From Clostridia bacterium (GTDB lineage: Bacteria > Bacillota > Clostridia > Christensenellales > DTU072), in the NCBI GenBank assembly GCA_017403145.1, contig JAFQOO010000005.1:107141-171140 (forward strand): a stretch of 64,000 nucleotides of DNA, read 5' to 3'. Shown piece after piece: positions 19,957 through 30,782 of this stretch. Position 1 is the stretch's first letter, and each line of letters opens with the position of its first letter. Under the pieces are notes generated by a model. The model ran no database searches. It saw only the letters and a program-made list of their open reading frames with translations, and was not told the origin of the DNA. The translations under genes were made by a program, and so were the position numbers.

Positions 19957-22154
19957 TATAAGTTTATTATAATTTTTGGTTGTGATTTTTTGACCATAAC
20001 GTTATCTTCGGTATAAGCAACCAAATAGTACCATTCAAAACGACGATTAGGCTTTGGTAGGGTGATTTCCACTTTATTAGAGCCTTTTTCTATATTACAA
20101 ATGATGTTTCCTTGTGAATTTTCTATCTTAAAGCTAAATTTTGGATTGCGTGTTAGGGTTATAATAACTTCGCCGTCTCCGTTTATTGCCTCAAAGTCGC
20201 TTGGTAATGCATCATCAAAGTAATTGCTAGTAGGATAATAACGCTCAACGTTTGCAAGGATAGATTTTTTATATTCGATAGGAGTATTTTCGTTTGCAAG
20301 CATTAGAATATGATTATTCTCGTAACAATATTTGTCAATTTCAATATAATCTATAGTATGAGGAATAGTAAAATCTTTAGGTTTATCCATATTACTATGC
20401 ACGCATTTTGCACCGATTGTGGGATAACTACCACCGCTAACCGATAAATTTAGAGGTCTTTTATAATCTTTGCTACCATACCATACGCCTAACGTATGTG
20501 TGGTTGTAAAAGAAATATTCCAAGCATCGAAATTACCCTTATCATCACCGTTGGTTCCAGTTTTAGAGGCAATTTGAGTATCTAATACTCCTAGCTTTTT
20601 AGCAGTTCCACTTTTAGCGCAACCAATCAAAGAATCGGTAAGAAAATAGGCTGTTTCTTCGCTAATTATACGTTTTTCGTTGCTTTTGTGCCTGTATAAG
20701 CAGTTGCCTTTATCATCGTAAATAGTCTTGATAAAGGATAAATCTTTCTTCATTCCACCATTGGCTATTGTTGTATATGCGGTTAATAATTCGGGCATAG
20801 TATGTCCGTAGGTAGTCCCGCCGAGTGCGCTTGCAAGCCCGTCTTGTGAGGCGAAAGTCAACCCAAAATTGCGTGCAGTTTGGAAAGCATATTCATTACC
20901 AACCAAATTCATTAGCTTGATACTACAAGCATTGCTTGAAGTTGCTAAACTTTCTTTAATAGTTGTCCAACCTAAATAGGTATTCCTATAATTATTTGGT
21001 GAATATCCATTTATTTCGCATTTTTCATCTAATATAGGGCTATCTGGTATAATCAAACCTTGTTCAAAGGCTGGCGCATAGGAAATAATCGGCTTTATAG
21101 TTGAGGCACTTTGCCTTCTAAAATCGTGTGGTGAATAGTTTATGCTAGAAATATAGGCACATATTCCACCGCTCGCATTGTCAACAAGCATATAAGTTTT
21201 ATCAGCGCCTATAACCTCTAAATCTTTGTTATAGAAGGCAAAATCAAGTGATTTTTGTGCATTTTCATCAAAATAAGTAGAAATAATATATCCACCTGTG
21301 ATTATTTCACGTTCGCTTAAACCTAGTAAACGAGCGCTTTCGCTTATAACCACTTGAGTATAGGGGATATTTTTATTATGGGTTTCGTCTAACGTGGGTA
21401 TTTCATAGTTTTCGTTGATGGCACTTTCATATTGGCTTTCGTCAATATATCCTTGATTTAGCATAAGCTTCAAAACAAGGTTTCTTCTTGCAATTGCATT
21501 ATCTATCGAGTTAAGTGGCGAGTTTTTGAGAGGGTTTTTAACAATACCGGCTAAAATCGCACTTTCGCCAAGGCTAATATCTATCGGTTCCTTATTAAAT
21601 AACCTTTTACATGCGTCGCCAATACCATATAATGAGTGTCCAAAATATATTGTGTTTAGATATTTCGTTAGAATTTCTTCTTTTGAATAGGTTTTTTCAA
21701 TTTCTAAAGCCAATTTAGCTTCCTTTAGTTTTCGCTCAATTGTTTTCTCTTGTGTTAGTAATGAATTTTTAGCTAGTTGCTGTGTGATAGTAGAACCGCC
21801 TTCTTTAAAATATCCGGCTTTTAAATTATTAAAGCTAGCACCTAGTATACGTTTAAAGTCGATTCCGTTATGTTCATAAAACCTTTTGTCTTCAAGCGAA
21901 ACGAAAGCATAAATAGTGTAGGGGGAGATTTTTTCGTATGGAACGTTGCTTTTGATGGACGAAAAATAGTCCATATTTTTACCTTGAATATCGCTGATAA
22001 CAACTTTTTTGCTATTTGAGCGCTCTAGTGCGTTTTTGTCGAGTTTTATGCCATTTACGACCGAAAACGCATAAAAACTTACGCCGAGTATTATAAAAAA
22101 TACGATAAACAATAATACTAACGAGGTTATTTTAACTATTTTTTTTGCTTTCAT
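19953..22154 (-). CDS. Class A penicillin-binding protein (glycosyltransferase + transpeptidase)
   Basis: GT51 motifs are present (EDKRFYEHNGID, GGSTITQQLAKN). Transpeptidase motifs are STIKP (SxxK), SSN and KTGT. There is an N-terminal TM anchor. Confidence 0.9.
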   Translation of the reverse strand: MKAKKIVKITSLVLLFIVFFIILGVSFYAFSVVNGIKLDKNALERSNSKKVVISDIQGKNMDYFSSIKSNVPYEKISPYTIYAFVSLEDKRFYEHNGIDFKRILGASFNNLKAGYFKEGGSTITQQLAKNSLLTQEKTIERKLKEAKLALEIEKTYSKEEILTKYLNTIYFGHSLYGIGDACKRLFNKEPIDISLGESAILAGIVKNPLKNSPLNSIDNAIARRNLVLKLMLNQGYIDESQYESAINENYEIPTLDETHNKNIPYTQVVISESARLLGLSEREIITGGYIISTYFDENAQKSLDFAFYNKDLEVIGADKTYMLVDNASGGICAYISSINYSPHDFRRQSASTIKPIISYAPAFEQGLIIPDSPILDEKCEINGYSPNNYRNTYLGWTTIKESLATSSNACSIKLMNLVGNEYAFQTARNFGLTFASQDGLASALGGTTYGHTMPELLTAYTTIANGGMKKDLSFIKTIYDDKGNCLYRHKSNEKRIISEETAYFLTDSLIGCAKSGTAKKLGVLDTQIASKTGTNGDDKGNFDAWNISFTTTHTLGVWYGSKDYKRPLNLSVSGGSYPTIGAKCVHSNMDKPKDFTIPHTIDYIEIDKYCYENNHILMLANENTPIEYKKSILANVERYYPTSNYFDDALPSDFEAINGDGEVIITLTRNPKFSFKIENSQGNIICNIEKGSNKVEITLPKPNRRFEWYYLVAYTEDNVMVKKSQPKIIINLY

Positions 22155-22191
22155 AGTGTTGTTAGTATTCGGTTTTTTATTGGATTTATAC

Positions 22192-22220
22192 TTGATTATC
22201 GCGCGCGTATATTATATAAT
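22192..22220 (+). promoter_or_regulatory. Sigma-A-type promoter of miaB (mRNA probably leaderless)
   Basis: TTGATT (22192-22197), a 17-nt spacer containing CGCGCGCG, then TATAAT (22215-22220). The ATG at 22229 is only 8 nt downstream, with no SD. Confidence 0.6.
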
Positions 22221-22228
22221 AAATCCGT

Positions 22229-23587
22229 ATGGAAAATTTAATTACTTCAAACTTAGAAAACAAATATTATATCGAAACCTTTGGTTGCCAAATGAACGTC
22301 CACGAATCTGAGAAAGTGGCGGGCATTTTGGTTTCGCTTGGATACGAAGAAACCAAAGAAAGGGCACAAGCTAAAATTATAGTTTTTAACACTTGTTGCA
22401 TACGTGATACCGCAGAAAAAAAGATTTTTGGAAATATCGGTGAGTTGAAAATTTTAAAGAGACTTGATAAATCGCGTATTATCGTTATTTTCGGTTGTAT
22501 GACGCAACAAGAGGGTATGGCGGAGCTGGTTGCAAGCAAATTCCCATTTGTTGATATTATTTTAGGCACTTCGAACGTTCATCTTCTAGCCGATAAAATA
22601 AAAGAACTAGAAGAACGTCGCGCACGTAAAAGGGGTAAAGTTATCGATATAGACACTAACGAAAGACCTGCAGTCATAGAAGACGTTGTTCCTTATCGTA
22701 CTTCCTATCCCAATGCTTGGGTAAATATTATGTACGGATGCAATAACTTTTGTTCATATTGCATAGTTCCCTACGTTCGCGGTAGAGAAAGAAGTCGTAA
22801 TCCCGAGCTTATTTTAGAGGAAATAAACGCACTTTTGAAGGCTGGTTATAAAGAAATAACTTTGCTAGGTCAAAACGTTGATAGCTATGGCTCTGACCGT
22901 AACGATGGAGTGAATTTTTACACTTTACTCAATAAAATCGCGCAAATCGATACAAAATTCCGTTTGCGTTTTATGACTTCTCACCCCAAAGACCTTTCCG
23001 AAGAGGTTATAAAACTTATTGCGGAAACGCCTAATTTCTGTAACAATATCCATCTTCCCGTTCAAGCGGGTTCAAATGCGGTTTTGAAGGCTATGAACCG
23101 ACGTTATGACCGTGATAGATATTTTTATCTTATCGATTTGATAAAAAAATATATGCCGGACTGTGGCGTTACGTCCGATATAATGGTTGGTTTCCCCGGT
23201 GAAACGGAGGAAGATTTTTTGGATACTCTCGATTTGGTAAAAAAGGTACGTTATCACAATGCCTTTACCTTTATTTATTCACCTAGAAAGGGCACCGTTG
23301 CTGCCAAAATGGAGCAAATTCCCTATGCTATAAAGAGTGAACGCATAAAGAGGCTGATTGCTCTCCAAAACCAAATTACTTTAGAAATAAGCGAAACCTA
23401 CGTTGGTAAAATCAAAGAAGTTTTGGTCGAAGATGCTCCAAAAGAAGGTTATTTATGTGGAAGAACCGATTGCGGAAGGCTAGTTAACTTCAAGGGCAAC
23501 AAAGAAATGGTTGGTCAATTCGTTAACGTAAAGATAGAAAAAAATAAGGCTTCAGCCCTTATAGGAGAAATCGTAAATGAGTGTTAA
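22229..23587 (+). CDS. miaB: tRNA-i6A37 methylthiotransferase MiaB
   Basis: The N-terminal UPF0004 domain has YIETFGCQMN. The radical-SAM motif is CNNFCSYC, and a C-terminal TRAM domain follows. Confidence 0.93.
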   Translation: MENLITSNLENKYYIETFGCQMNVHESEKVAGILVSLGYEETKERAQAKIIVFNTCCIRDTAEKKIFGNIGELKILKRLDKSRIIVIFGCMTQQEGMAELVASKFPFVDIILGTSNVHLLADKIKELEERRARKRGKVIDIDTNERPAVIEDVVPYRTSYPNAWVNIMYGCNNFCSYCIVPYVRGRERSRNPELILEEINALLKAGYKEITLLGQNVDSYGSDRNDGVNFYTLLNKIAQIDTKFRLRFMTSHPKDLSEEVIKLIAETPNFCNNIHLPVQAGSNAVLKAMNRRYDRDRYFYLIDLIKKYMPDCGVTSDIMVGFPGETEEDFLDTLDLVKKVRYHNAFTFIYSPRKGTVAAKMEQIPYAIKSERIKRLIALQNQITLEISETYVGKIKEVLVEDAPKEGYLCGRTDCGRLVNFKGNKEMVGQFVNVKIEKNKASALIGEIVNEC

Positions 23588-26219
23588 ACAAAAATTATCC
23601 CCAATGATGGTGCATTATAAATCTCTAAAAGAGCAATATGCCGATACTATACTTATGTATAGATTGGGCGACTTTTACGAGATGTTTTTCGATGATGCGA
23701 TTGAGGCAAGCAAAATACTCGACCTAACCTTGACGGGGCGGGATTGTGGCTTGGACGAACGTGCTCCTATGTGTGGCGTTCCTTTCCACGCGGTAGATGG
23801 ATATATATCAAAACTAGTCAAAAATGGTAAAAAGGTTGCTATTTGCGAGCAACTCACTGCCCCCGGAGACCAAAAAGGAATGGTTAAACGCGACGTTATC
23901 AGAGTTATTACTCCGGGAACCGTTACCGATGACGAAATGTTAGATGCAACCTCTAATAGCTATCTTTTATCGGTTGTAATTGATAATAAAAATGCGGTAG
24001 GCCTAGCTTGGAGTGATATTTCAACGGGCGAAGTTTACGTTAAAGAACTACCCTCGACTTTTACTTTGGAAGATACCATTTTATCCATTTCTCCAAGTGA
24101 AATCATATCTAACACCAAGAGTTATACCCAAATTTTGGATTATGAATCGGTAAGTCTTGGCAAATTGCCTCGTCCTCAATCTTATTACGATTATTCGTTT
24201 GATAAGGAAGTTGCCGAAAAATCCATTTTGAATTTTTATAATATCAACAATCTTGGAGCGCTTGGTTTAGAAAAGGGTTCTTTGCTCGTGTCCGCTCTTG
24301 GAGGATTGCTTGATTACGTTAGCGGTACGCAAAAAAGAAAACTCAATCACGTGCGCGCGCCTAAAATTTTACGTGCTGGCGACAAGATGTTCATTGATTT
24401 TAACACCAAACGCAACCTTGAACTAACAAAAACCTTGTTTGATGGCTCAAAAATGGGTTCGTTGTTCTGGGTGCTAGATAGAACACGCACGTCAATGGGC
24501 GCAAGAGCACTTCGAAAAGCAATCGACGAACCTTTTTCGCGTATCGGTGATATTAACGAGCGTCTTGATGCTGTTGAAGAATTGTTCAAAAATGCTTCTA
24601 TGCGCGAAGAATTGGGCGAAGCTTTGTCTTCTATTCACGACGTGGAAAGGTTATGCAACCGTATTGCATATGGAACAATCACGCCAAGAGGGGCGCAATC
24701 TATAGCATTTTCGCTACAAAAACTCGTTAGTGTCGTCTATGCTCTTAGAAAAGCAAAAAGTCAAAGAGTGGTTATTTTGAGGGACCTCATAGACCCGATG
24801 GAAGACCTTGCAAACCATATTATGGGTGCTCTAGTTGATACACCGCCTATAACGATAAAAGATGGTGGTATTTTCCGCGACGGATATAGTGCCGAGCTTG
24901 ATAGCTATCGCAATGCAAGGAGCTCGGCTAAACGTTGGCTTTCGGAATATGAGGCAAAGGAGCGCGAAGCAACAGGCATCAAGCAGTTAAAGGTGGGCTA
25001 TAATAGGGTTTTTGGCTATTATATCGAAGTTTCCAATTCCAACCTACCTATGGTTCCCTATAGGTTCGAAAGAAAACAAACTTTAACGACCGGTGAAAGA
25101 TTTATCACCGAGGAACTAAAGAAAATGGAAGAAGTTATTCTTGGTGCCGAGGAAAAAGCCCTCAATCTTGAGAGCAGTTTATTTGGTGAAATCAAGAATA
25201 GCCTAATGGAAGTTGTTGCAATACTTCAAACCAATTCTAATGCTGTAGCGGAGTTGGATTTATTGTATTCACTTTCCACAACAGCTGTTGCAAACGGATA
25301 CGTTCGTCCTAAAATCAAAGAGAATTGCGAGGATATAGTTATAAAAGAGGGTAGACACCCGGTTGTTGAAGCACTAAAGCGCAAAAACTCCTTTGTTCCA
25401 AACGATACGATTATGACGTCGGATAGCAAAACTCTTATTATTACCGGACCGAATATGGCCGGTAAATCCACCTATATGCGTCAAGTTGCTCTAATCGTGC
25501 TTATGGCACACGTTGGTTGTTTCGTTCCAGCAAGAGAGGCGGAGATTTGTTTGGTTGACCGCATATTTACTCGTGTCGGAGCGAGTGATAACGTTGCCTA
25601 TGGTCAATCTACATTTATGGTAGAAATGACGGAAATGGCAAATATTCTAAACAATGCAACCTCGAAGAGCCTACTTATTCTAGACGAAATCGGTAGAGGA
25701 ACTTCTACGATAGACGGACTATCTATAGCTTGGGCGATTGTGGAGCATTTGGCGATAAAGCTAAAGGCAAAGACCTTGTTTGCAACGCACTATCACGAAC
25801 TTAGTGAACTTGAAAGCGAGCTCCCGGGACTAAAGAACTATCATATTTTGATAAAGGATACCGATGGAAAAATAACCTTCCTCTACAAAATCGCACGTGG
25901 GGGAGCTAATAAGAGTTTTGGTATCGAGGTCGCAACCCTTGCCGGTGTAAACGAGAAAATCACTAATCGTGCAAAAATGATTATGCAGTCTATAGAGGAA
26001 AGCCAAGAGGGTAAATTGAGCTCCAAAATTGGGGCAAAGGTATCGGAAGACGCTATACCCACAACTCAAATAGGCTTTTTCCAAGAAGATAGCAAATATG
26101 ATGAAATCGCGCGTATAATCAACGATATTGATTTAAACGATATTACTCCGTTGCACGCGCTCACAATACTCTCAAACCTACAAAAAATGACCAAACCTAG
26201 CGGGAAAAGGAAGAAATAA
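23577..26219 (+). CDS. mutS: DNA mismatch repair protein MutS
   Basis: 880-aa ORF with the N-terminal mismatch-binding motif (LGDFYEMFFDDA) and Walker A GPNMAGKST. Confidence 0.97.
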   Translation: MSVKQKLSPMMVHYKSLKEQYADTILMYRLGDFYEMFFDDAIEASKILDLTLTGRDCGLDERAPMCGVPFHAVDGYISKLVKNGKKVAICEQLTAPGDQKGMVKRDVIRVITPGTVTDDEMLDATSNSYLLSVVIDNKNAVGLAWSDISTGEVYVKELPSTFTLEDTILSISPSEIISNTKSYTQILDYESVSLGKLPRPQSYYDYSFDKEVAEKSILNFYNINNLGALGLEKGSLLVSALGGLLDYVSGTQKRKLNHVRAPKILRAGDKMFIDFNTKRNLELTKTLFDGSKMGSLFWVLDRTRTSMGARALRKAIDEPFSRIGDINERLDAVEELFKNASMREELGEALSSIHDVERLCNRIAYGTITPRGAQSIAFSLQKLVSVVYALRKAKSQRVVILRDLIDPMEDLANHIMGALVDTPPITIKDGGIFRDGYSAELDSYRNARSSAKRWLSEYEAKEREATGIKQLKVGYNRVFGYYIEVSNSNLPMVPYRFERKQTLTTGERFITEELKKMEEVILGAEEKALNLESSLFGEIKNSLMEVVAILQTNSNAVAELDLLYSLSTTAVANGYVRPKIKENCEDIVIKEGRHPVVEALKRKNSFVPNDTIMTSDSKTLIITGPNMAGKSTYMRQVALIVLMAHVGCFVPAREAEICLVDRIFTRVGASDNVAYGQSTFMVEMTEMANILNNATSKSLLILDEIGRGTSTIDGLSIAWAIVEHLAIKLKAKTLFATHYHELSELESELPGLKNYHILIKDTDGKITFLYKIARGGANKSFGIEVATLAGVNEKITNRAKMIMQSIEESQEGKLSSKIGAKVSEDAIPTTQIGFFQEDSKYDEIARIINDIDLNDITPLHALTILSNLQKMTKPSGKRKK

Positions 26220-28216
26220 TGAAGATAAACTTACTAGATAGTAGCATCTATAACTTAATTTCTGCGGGCGAGGTGGTCGAAAACCCCGCTTCGGTCGTAA
26301 AGGAGCTTGTAGAAAACTCTATTGATGCCGGTGCTAAAAATATCTCCGTATATATCGAAGATGGTGGCATAAAGAGTATCGAGGTTGTCGATGATGGTTG
26401 CGGTATTCTCAAAGAAGAATTGCCTAAGACCATTCTTCCACACGCAACAAGCAAGATTCAAGAGGCAAACGACCTTAATACTATTGCAACTTTAGGATTT
26501 AGAGGGGAAGCGCTTGCATCTATATCGGCTGTTTCCGAGTTCGAAATTCGTTCAAAGTATTTTGAAAGCGAGCACGGCGCATATTATTATTCAAAAAATG
26601 GTATAACCGAGCTAGGGGACTGTGCACATTCTCAAGGAACGGCTATCAAAGTATCCAATTTGTTTTATAACACACCCGCTAGATATAAATTCCTAGCCTC
26701 TAAGTCAACGGAGGAAGGATACGTAACCAAACATATTTTTAGGCTTATACTTGCCAATCCCGACGTTGCTATAAGTTATTACGTAGATGGCAATTTGGTG
26801 TATTCTTCAACCGGAGAGGGGTTAAAAAGTGCGGTAGAAAGCGTGTTTTTGCCCAAAATCTCACGTTCTCTAATAGAAATACAAGAGCCCGAAGTAACCG
26901 ATGGTATTCGTGTTACCGGTTATATTTCACCGGCTGAGATTTATAAAAATAATCGCAATTACCAAATAGTTATACTCAATGGAAGAGTAATCGTCGACCA
27001 AACGTTATCGGCAACCATTCAAAACGCATATGGCAGTAGGTTGATGAGCAGATGTTTCCCTATATACGTTCTAAATATCGTGATGCCCTTTGATGAGGTT
27101 GACGTAAACGTTCATCCCAACAAAAAAGAGGTGCGTTTCCAAAATGCACGCAAGGTTTACGGACATATTTATCGTGTAATTATGCGTGTTTTAGAAGGTT
27201 ATGAGTTCCAAAAACGCCAAAATTTGATTGCTGATTTTTCGGCTGTTTCTAACGAAAACGAAGAAAATCTTGCAAAAAACAATTCGATAGGGGAGAAAAA
27301 TAACGATAGGGGGCAATCTTCAAAGCCCGCTATGAGCTTCGAGGAAGCGATAAGCTTGGTTCGTGGAAAATCTAGTGCTCCAATTGGTAATCTTTCCGAG
27401 CCTAGCGTAAGCACTTTTACTTATGCTCAACCTACTTTCACTAGTTTTAATAATCAAAATAAGCCTAAAAGTAGTATCATAACCGAGCTTGACCCCTTTG
27501 TTGAGGAAAAAACGCCATCTATCCAAAGAGAAACAACTCTAAAAGAAGACGTAACCGAGCAAGTTTCCTTGATTGCTAACGATAGTTATATAGATTATGC
27601 CAAGGAAGAAAATGTGCAAAATCATGCGGAAAAGGTTAAAAATTATAAGGTTGTAGGTCAATTTTTCGATACATATTTGGCGATTGAATGTGAAGATAAA
27701 GTTGTTTTTATTGACCAACACGCAATGCACGAACGTATTTTGTTTGATAGACTTGTTGAAGCTTGGAAGGATAAAGCCCCAACCATTCAAACTTTAATGA
27801 TACCTTACGTTTATGAAAATGGTATAGACGAAATTGCATTACTAATGGAAAACAAAGAGGTTCTTTTAGAAATCGGTTTTGAAATCGAAGATTTTGGTGG
27901 TAATGCAATAAAGGTTTCGGGAGTGCCTGCTATCATAGCGGAAAATTTGGACGTTTGCGGTATGCTTAATGAAATCGCAAACGAGCTTAAGTTGGGCAAA
28001 ACCTCGTCTTTGGAAGAGCTTGGTAAAGATAAACTAGCTACTATTGCTTGCAAATCGGCAATAAAGGGCGGAAAAGCCTTTGATAACGAGCAAATTGAGC
28101 TTGTTATGGATTTCTTCAACAAAGGAAATATGCCGTTGCAATGCCCCCACGGAAGACCTACAGCGATAGTTTATACGCGTAAAGAGTTCGAAAAGTTATT
28201 TAGGAGACGTGTATGA
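26219..28216 (+). CDS. mutL: DNA mismatch repair protein MutL
   Basis: GHKL ATPase N-terminus (VVENPASVVKELVENSIDAG). The C-terminal dimerisation/endonuclease region has DQHAMHERI. Confidence 0.95.
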   Translation: MKINLLDSSIYNLISAGEVVENPASVVKELVENSIDAGAKNISVYIEDGGIKSIEVVDDGCGILKEELPKTILPHATSKIQEANDLNTIATLGFRGEALASISAVSEFEIRSKYFESEHGAYYYSKNGITELGDCAHSQGTAIKVSNLFYNTPARYKFLASKSTEEGYVTKHIFRLILANPDVAISYYVDGNLVYSSTGEGLKSAVESVFLPKISRSLIEIQEPEVTDGIRVTGYISPAEIYKNNRNYQIVILNGRVIVDQTLSATIQNAYGSRLMSRCFPIYVLNIVMPFDEVDVNVHPNKKEVRFQNARKVYGHIYRVIMRVLEGYEFQKRQNLIADFSAVSNENEENLAKNNSIGEKNNDRGQSSKPAMSFEEAISLVRGKSSAPIGNLSEPSVSTFTYAQPTFTSFNNQNKPKSSIITELDPFVEEKTPSIQRETTLKEDVTEQVSLIANDSYIDYAKEENVQNHAEKVKNYKVVGQFFDTYLAIECEDKVVFIDQHAMHERILFDRLVEAWKDKAPTIQTLMIPYVYENGIDEIALLMENKEVLLEIGFEIEDFGGNAIKVSGVPAIIAENLDVCGMLNEIANELKLGKTSSLEELGKDKLATIACKSAIKGGKAFDNEQIELVMDFFNKGNMPLQCPHGRPTAIVYTRKEFEKLFRRRV

Positions 28217-29124
28217 TTATCGTTGGTGGTGCTACTGCGACAGGAAAATCTACTCTTGCAATAGAGCTTGCAAAAAGGATAGGTGGAGAATTGATTTCCG
28301 CCGATTCTATGCAAATATATCGTGGAATGGATATTGGTACTGCAAAAGAGAAAAACGTAGCGGTTAACCAGCTTTTAATCGACGTTGTAGAGCCTAACGA
28401 ACCATTTACAGTAGTTGACTTCAAAGAGCGCGCGACAGAAGCGATTAAGGACATACGTAGTCGCGGTAAAGTGCCGATTATAGTTGGCGGTACGGGACTG
28501 TATATGGATTCCTTGCTATATAAAATGGAATATGGCGGTGGAAAGGATAATCCCGAACTAAAAGCGCAGTTACAAAGCGAATTGGAAGAAAAAGGTGCAG
28601 AGTATATGCACGCACGACTAAAGGAATTAGACCCAGTTAGTGCCGAAAAATACCATTATAATAATATGGTAAGGGTGCTGAGAGCCTTGTTTGTTGTGCT
28701 TAATACAGGAAAGCCTATTTCGTCGCAAAGTGCCGAGTTTGCTCCCGTTGAGCCCGTTACTATGTTTATAACAAAACGTGAGCGTAGCGTGCTTCGTGAA
28801 AGAATATCCCTTCGTATAGAACAAATGTTTAACGAGGGATTGGAAGAAGAAGTCAAAGCTCTTTTGGACAAAGGCTATGATTTTGAGCTACAATCTATGC
28901 AAGGTATTGGCTACAAAGAATGGAAAGGGTATTTTAAAGGAGAAATGACTCTCGATGAAGTAAAAGAGCAAATCGATATAAATACTCGCCAATACGCAAA
29001 ACGCCAAGACACTTGGTTTAACAATCGTTACAAAGATATTGCACGTTTTGTAGATATGGATAGTAACGATATACAAAAAATAGTTGACGACCTTGTTAAA
29101 GAGCATAAAAGTATTCTAAAATAA
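28213..29124 (+). CDS. miaA: tRNA dimethylallyltransferase MiaA
   Basis: Has the P-loop GATATGKST and the DSMQIYRGMDIGTAK motif. It follows mutL as usual. Confidence 0.93.
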   Translation: MIIVGGATATGKSTLAIELAKRIGGELISADSMQIYRGMDIGTAKEKNVAVNQLLIDVVEPNEPFTVVDFKERATEAIKDIRSRGKVPIIVGGTGLYMDSLLYKMEYGGGKDNPELKAQLQSELEEKGAEYMHARLKELDPVSAEKYHYNNMVRVLRALFVVLNTGKPISSQSAEFAPVEPVTMFITKRERSVLRERISLRIEQMFNEGLEEEVKALLDKGYDFELQSMQGIGYKEWKGYFKGEMTLDEVKEQIDINTRQYAKRQDTWFNNRYKDIARFVDMDSNDIQKIVDDLVKEHKSILK

Positions 29125-29152
29125 AGCATAATTTATAATGTAGGAAGATAAA

Positions 29153-30394
29153 ATGAGCAGGAAAACACTAGAAATCATCGAAAAAGCAGAAAAACTATCA
29201 GAACCACTTTTTAAGATAATCGATAACGATATATCACTTTATAATCAAAAAAAAGTGTTAAACGCATTCCGTGAACACCGCGTTGCAACCAGACATTTTG
29301 CAGGAACGTCGGGCTATGGATACGATGACGTTGGTAGAGATACGTTGTGCAATTTGTTTGCAACAATCTTTGGTGCCGAGAGCGCCATAGTTTCGCCGAA
29401 CATTGTTTCGGGTACTCACGCGCTTACGGTTGCATTGTTTGGGTTGCTTCGTCCTAACGACGTTTTATTATGTATCACAGGCGCTCCGTATGATACCCTT
29501 AGAGAAGTTATTGGTGGAGAAAATATTGGTTCTCTTAAAGATTATGGTGTAAAATACGATGAAATCGCACTAAAAAATTACGAAATTGATTTTGAAGCAA
29601 TAGGTAACTATTTAGAAAATAATGCGCCAAAGGTAATTATGATTACTCGCTCACGCGGTTATGAATGGCGCGATGCGTTATCGATTGATGATATACAAAA
29701 GACCATTGATTTCGTAAGAAAATACAATAAAAATGCAGTTATTATGGTTGATAATTGCTATGGTGAATTTATTGATAAGCTTGAACCCACTCAAGTTGGT
29801 GCAGATATTTGTGTTGGTTCACTTATTAAAAACGCAGGTGGTGGTATCGCACCTACGGGTGGATATATCGTAGGTAAAAAACAATGGGTTGACCAAGTTG
29901 GATATCGTTTAACAGCGCCCTCAATTGGAATGGAGGTTGGTTCTTATAACGCCTCGTATATGCCTTTTTACGAAGGTTTGTTCCTAGCTCCTGTAACCGT
30001 TGCAAATGCGGTAAAAGGAACGATTTTGGCTACAAATGCCTTCAATTTGATGGGTTATGACGTTAAACCATCTCCAAATACTTTGCCTAAAGACGTAATT
30101 TGTTCAATAAGATTTAATACCGCAGAAGAGCTTATCACCTTTATACAAGGTGTACAATATTCCTCGCCTGTAGATTCGTATGTAACTCCCGAACCTTGGG
30201 CTATGCCCGGCTATGACCACGAAGTCATTATGGCAGCAGGAACCTTTGTTCAAGGCGCGTCTATAGAACTTTCCGCCGATGCACCTATAAAGGAGCCATA
30301 TATAGCATATTTGCAAGGTGGACTTACGTACCAACATTTTAAAATAGCTTTGACCGAATGTATTGACCGAATATGTATCGACAATGGCAATTGA
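29153..30394 (+). CDS. YnbB-like PLP-dependent enzyme (aluminium-resistance / methionine gamma-lyase-related family)
   Basis: 413-aa ORF with SD AGGAAG. The family was recognised from the overall N-terminal pattern (FREHRVATRHFAGTSGYGYDDVGRD) and from its position in the mutSL-miaA neighbourhood of Clostridia. Confidence 0.75.
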   Translation: MSRKTLEIIEKAEKLSEPLFKIIDNDISLYNQKKVLNAFREHRVATRHFAGTSGYGYDDVGRDTLCNLFATIFGAESAIVSPNIVSGTHALTVALFGLLRPNDVLLCITGAPYDTLREVIGGENIGSLKDYGVKYDEIALKNYEIDFEAIGNYLENNAPKVIMITRSRGYEWRDALSIDDIQKTIDFVRKYNKNAVIMVDNCYGEFIDKLEPTQVGADICVGSLIKNAGGGIAPTGGYIVGKKQWVDQVGYRLTAPSIGMEVGSYNASYMPFYEGLFLAPVTVANAVKGTILATNAFNLMGYDVKPSPNTLPKDVICSIRFNTAEELITFIQGVQYSSPVDSYVTPEPWAMPGYDHEVIMAAGTFVQGASIELSADAPIKEPYIAYLQGGLTYQHFKIALTECIDRICIDNGN

Positions 30395-30563
30395 CAAATA
30401 AATATAACATTTTGCCTAAAACTGCGGAAAAATGCTAAAAAATCAATAGGGGAATCAAAAATTCAAAGCCCTACTGGTATTTTTGGCATAAAAATTCAAG
30501 GAGCCGGATGTGAAAAAGCCTTATCAAAGCATCATATTAACGTTTGTTTTATAATTTACTTGC

Positions 30564-30782
30564 TTGGTGGGTTATTTAGAATGGCATCAAACTCAGTTCA
30601 ATCCGGTTTCTTTGACGTTTTGCTTAGTAGGTTTTGTTCTTGGGTTAGTATTTTCGGCTTTATCAATAAGAACTTTATTAAAAAATGGCATAAAATTACA
30701 TAGGATAGTTTTGCTAATTTCAAGTGTCGGAGCATTTGCATTGAACTCTATAACCATTGTAAAATTGTTAACGTATTTGTAA
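30564..30782 (+). CDS. Hypothetical two-TM mini-protein (doubtful)
   Basis: 72-codon ORF with a TTG/GTG start and no recognisable SD. It has two hydrophobic stretches and is kept only as a possibility. Confidence 0.2.
   Translation: MVGYLEWHQTQFNPVSLTFCLVGFVLGLVFSALSIRTLLKNGIKLHRIVLLISSVGAFALNSITIVKLLTYL

Noticed and set aside
30392-30420. TTGACA overlapping the stop codon of the ynbB-like gene as another orphan promoter
   Set aside because: There is no acceptable -10 hexamer 16-19 nt downstream.
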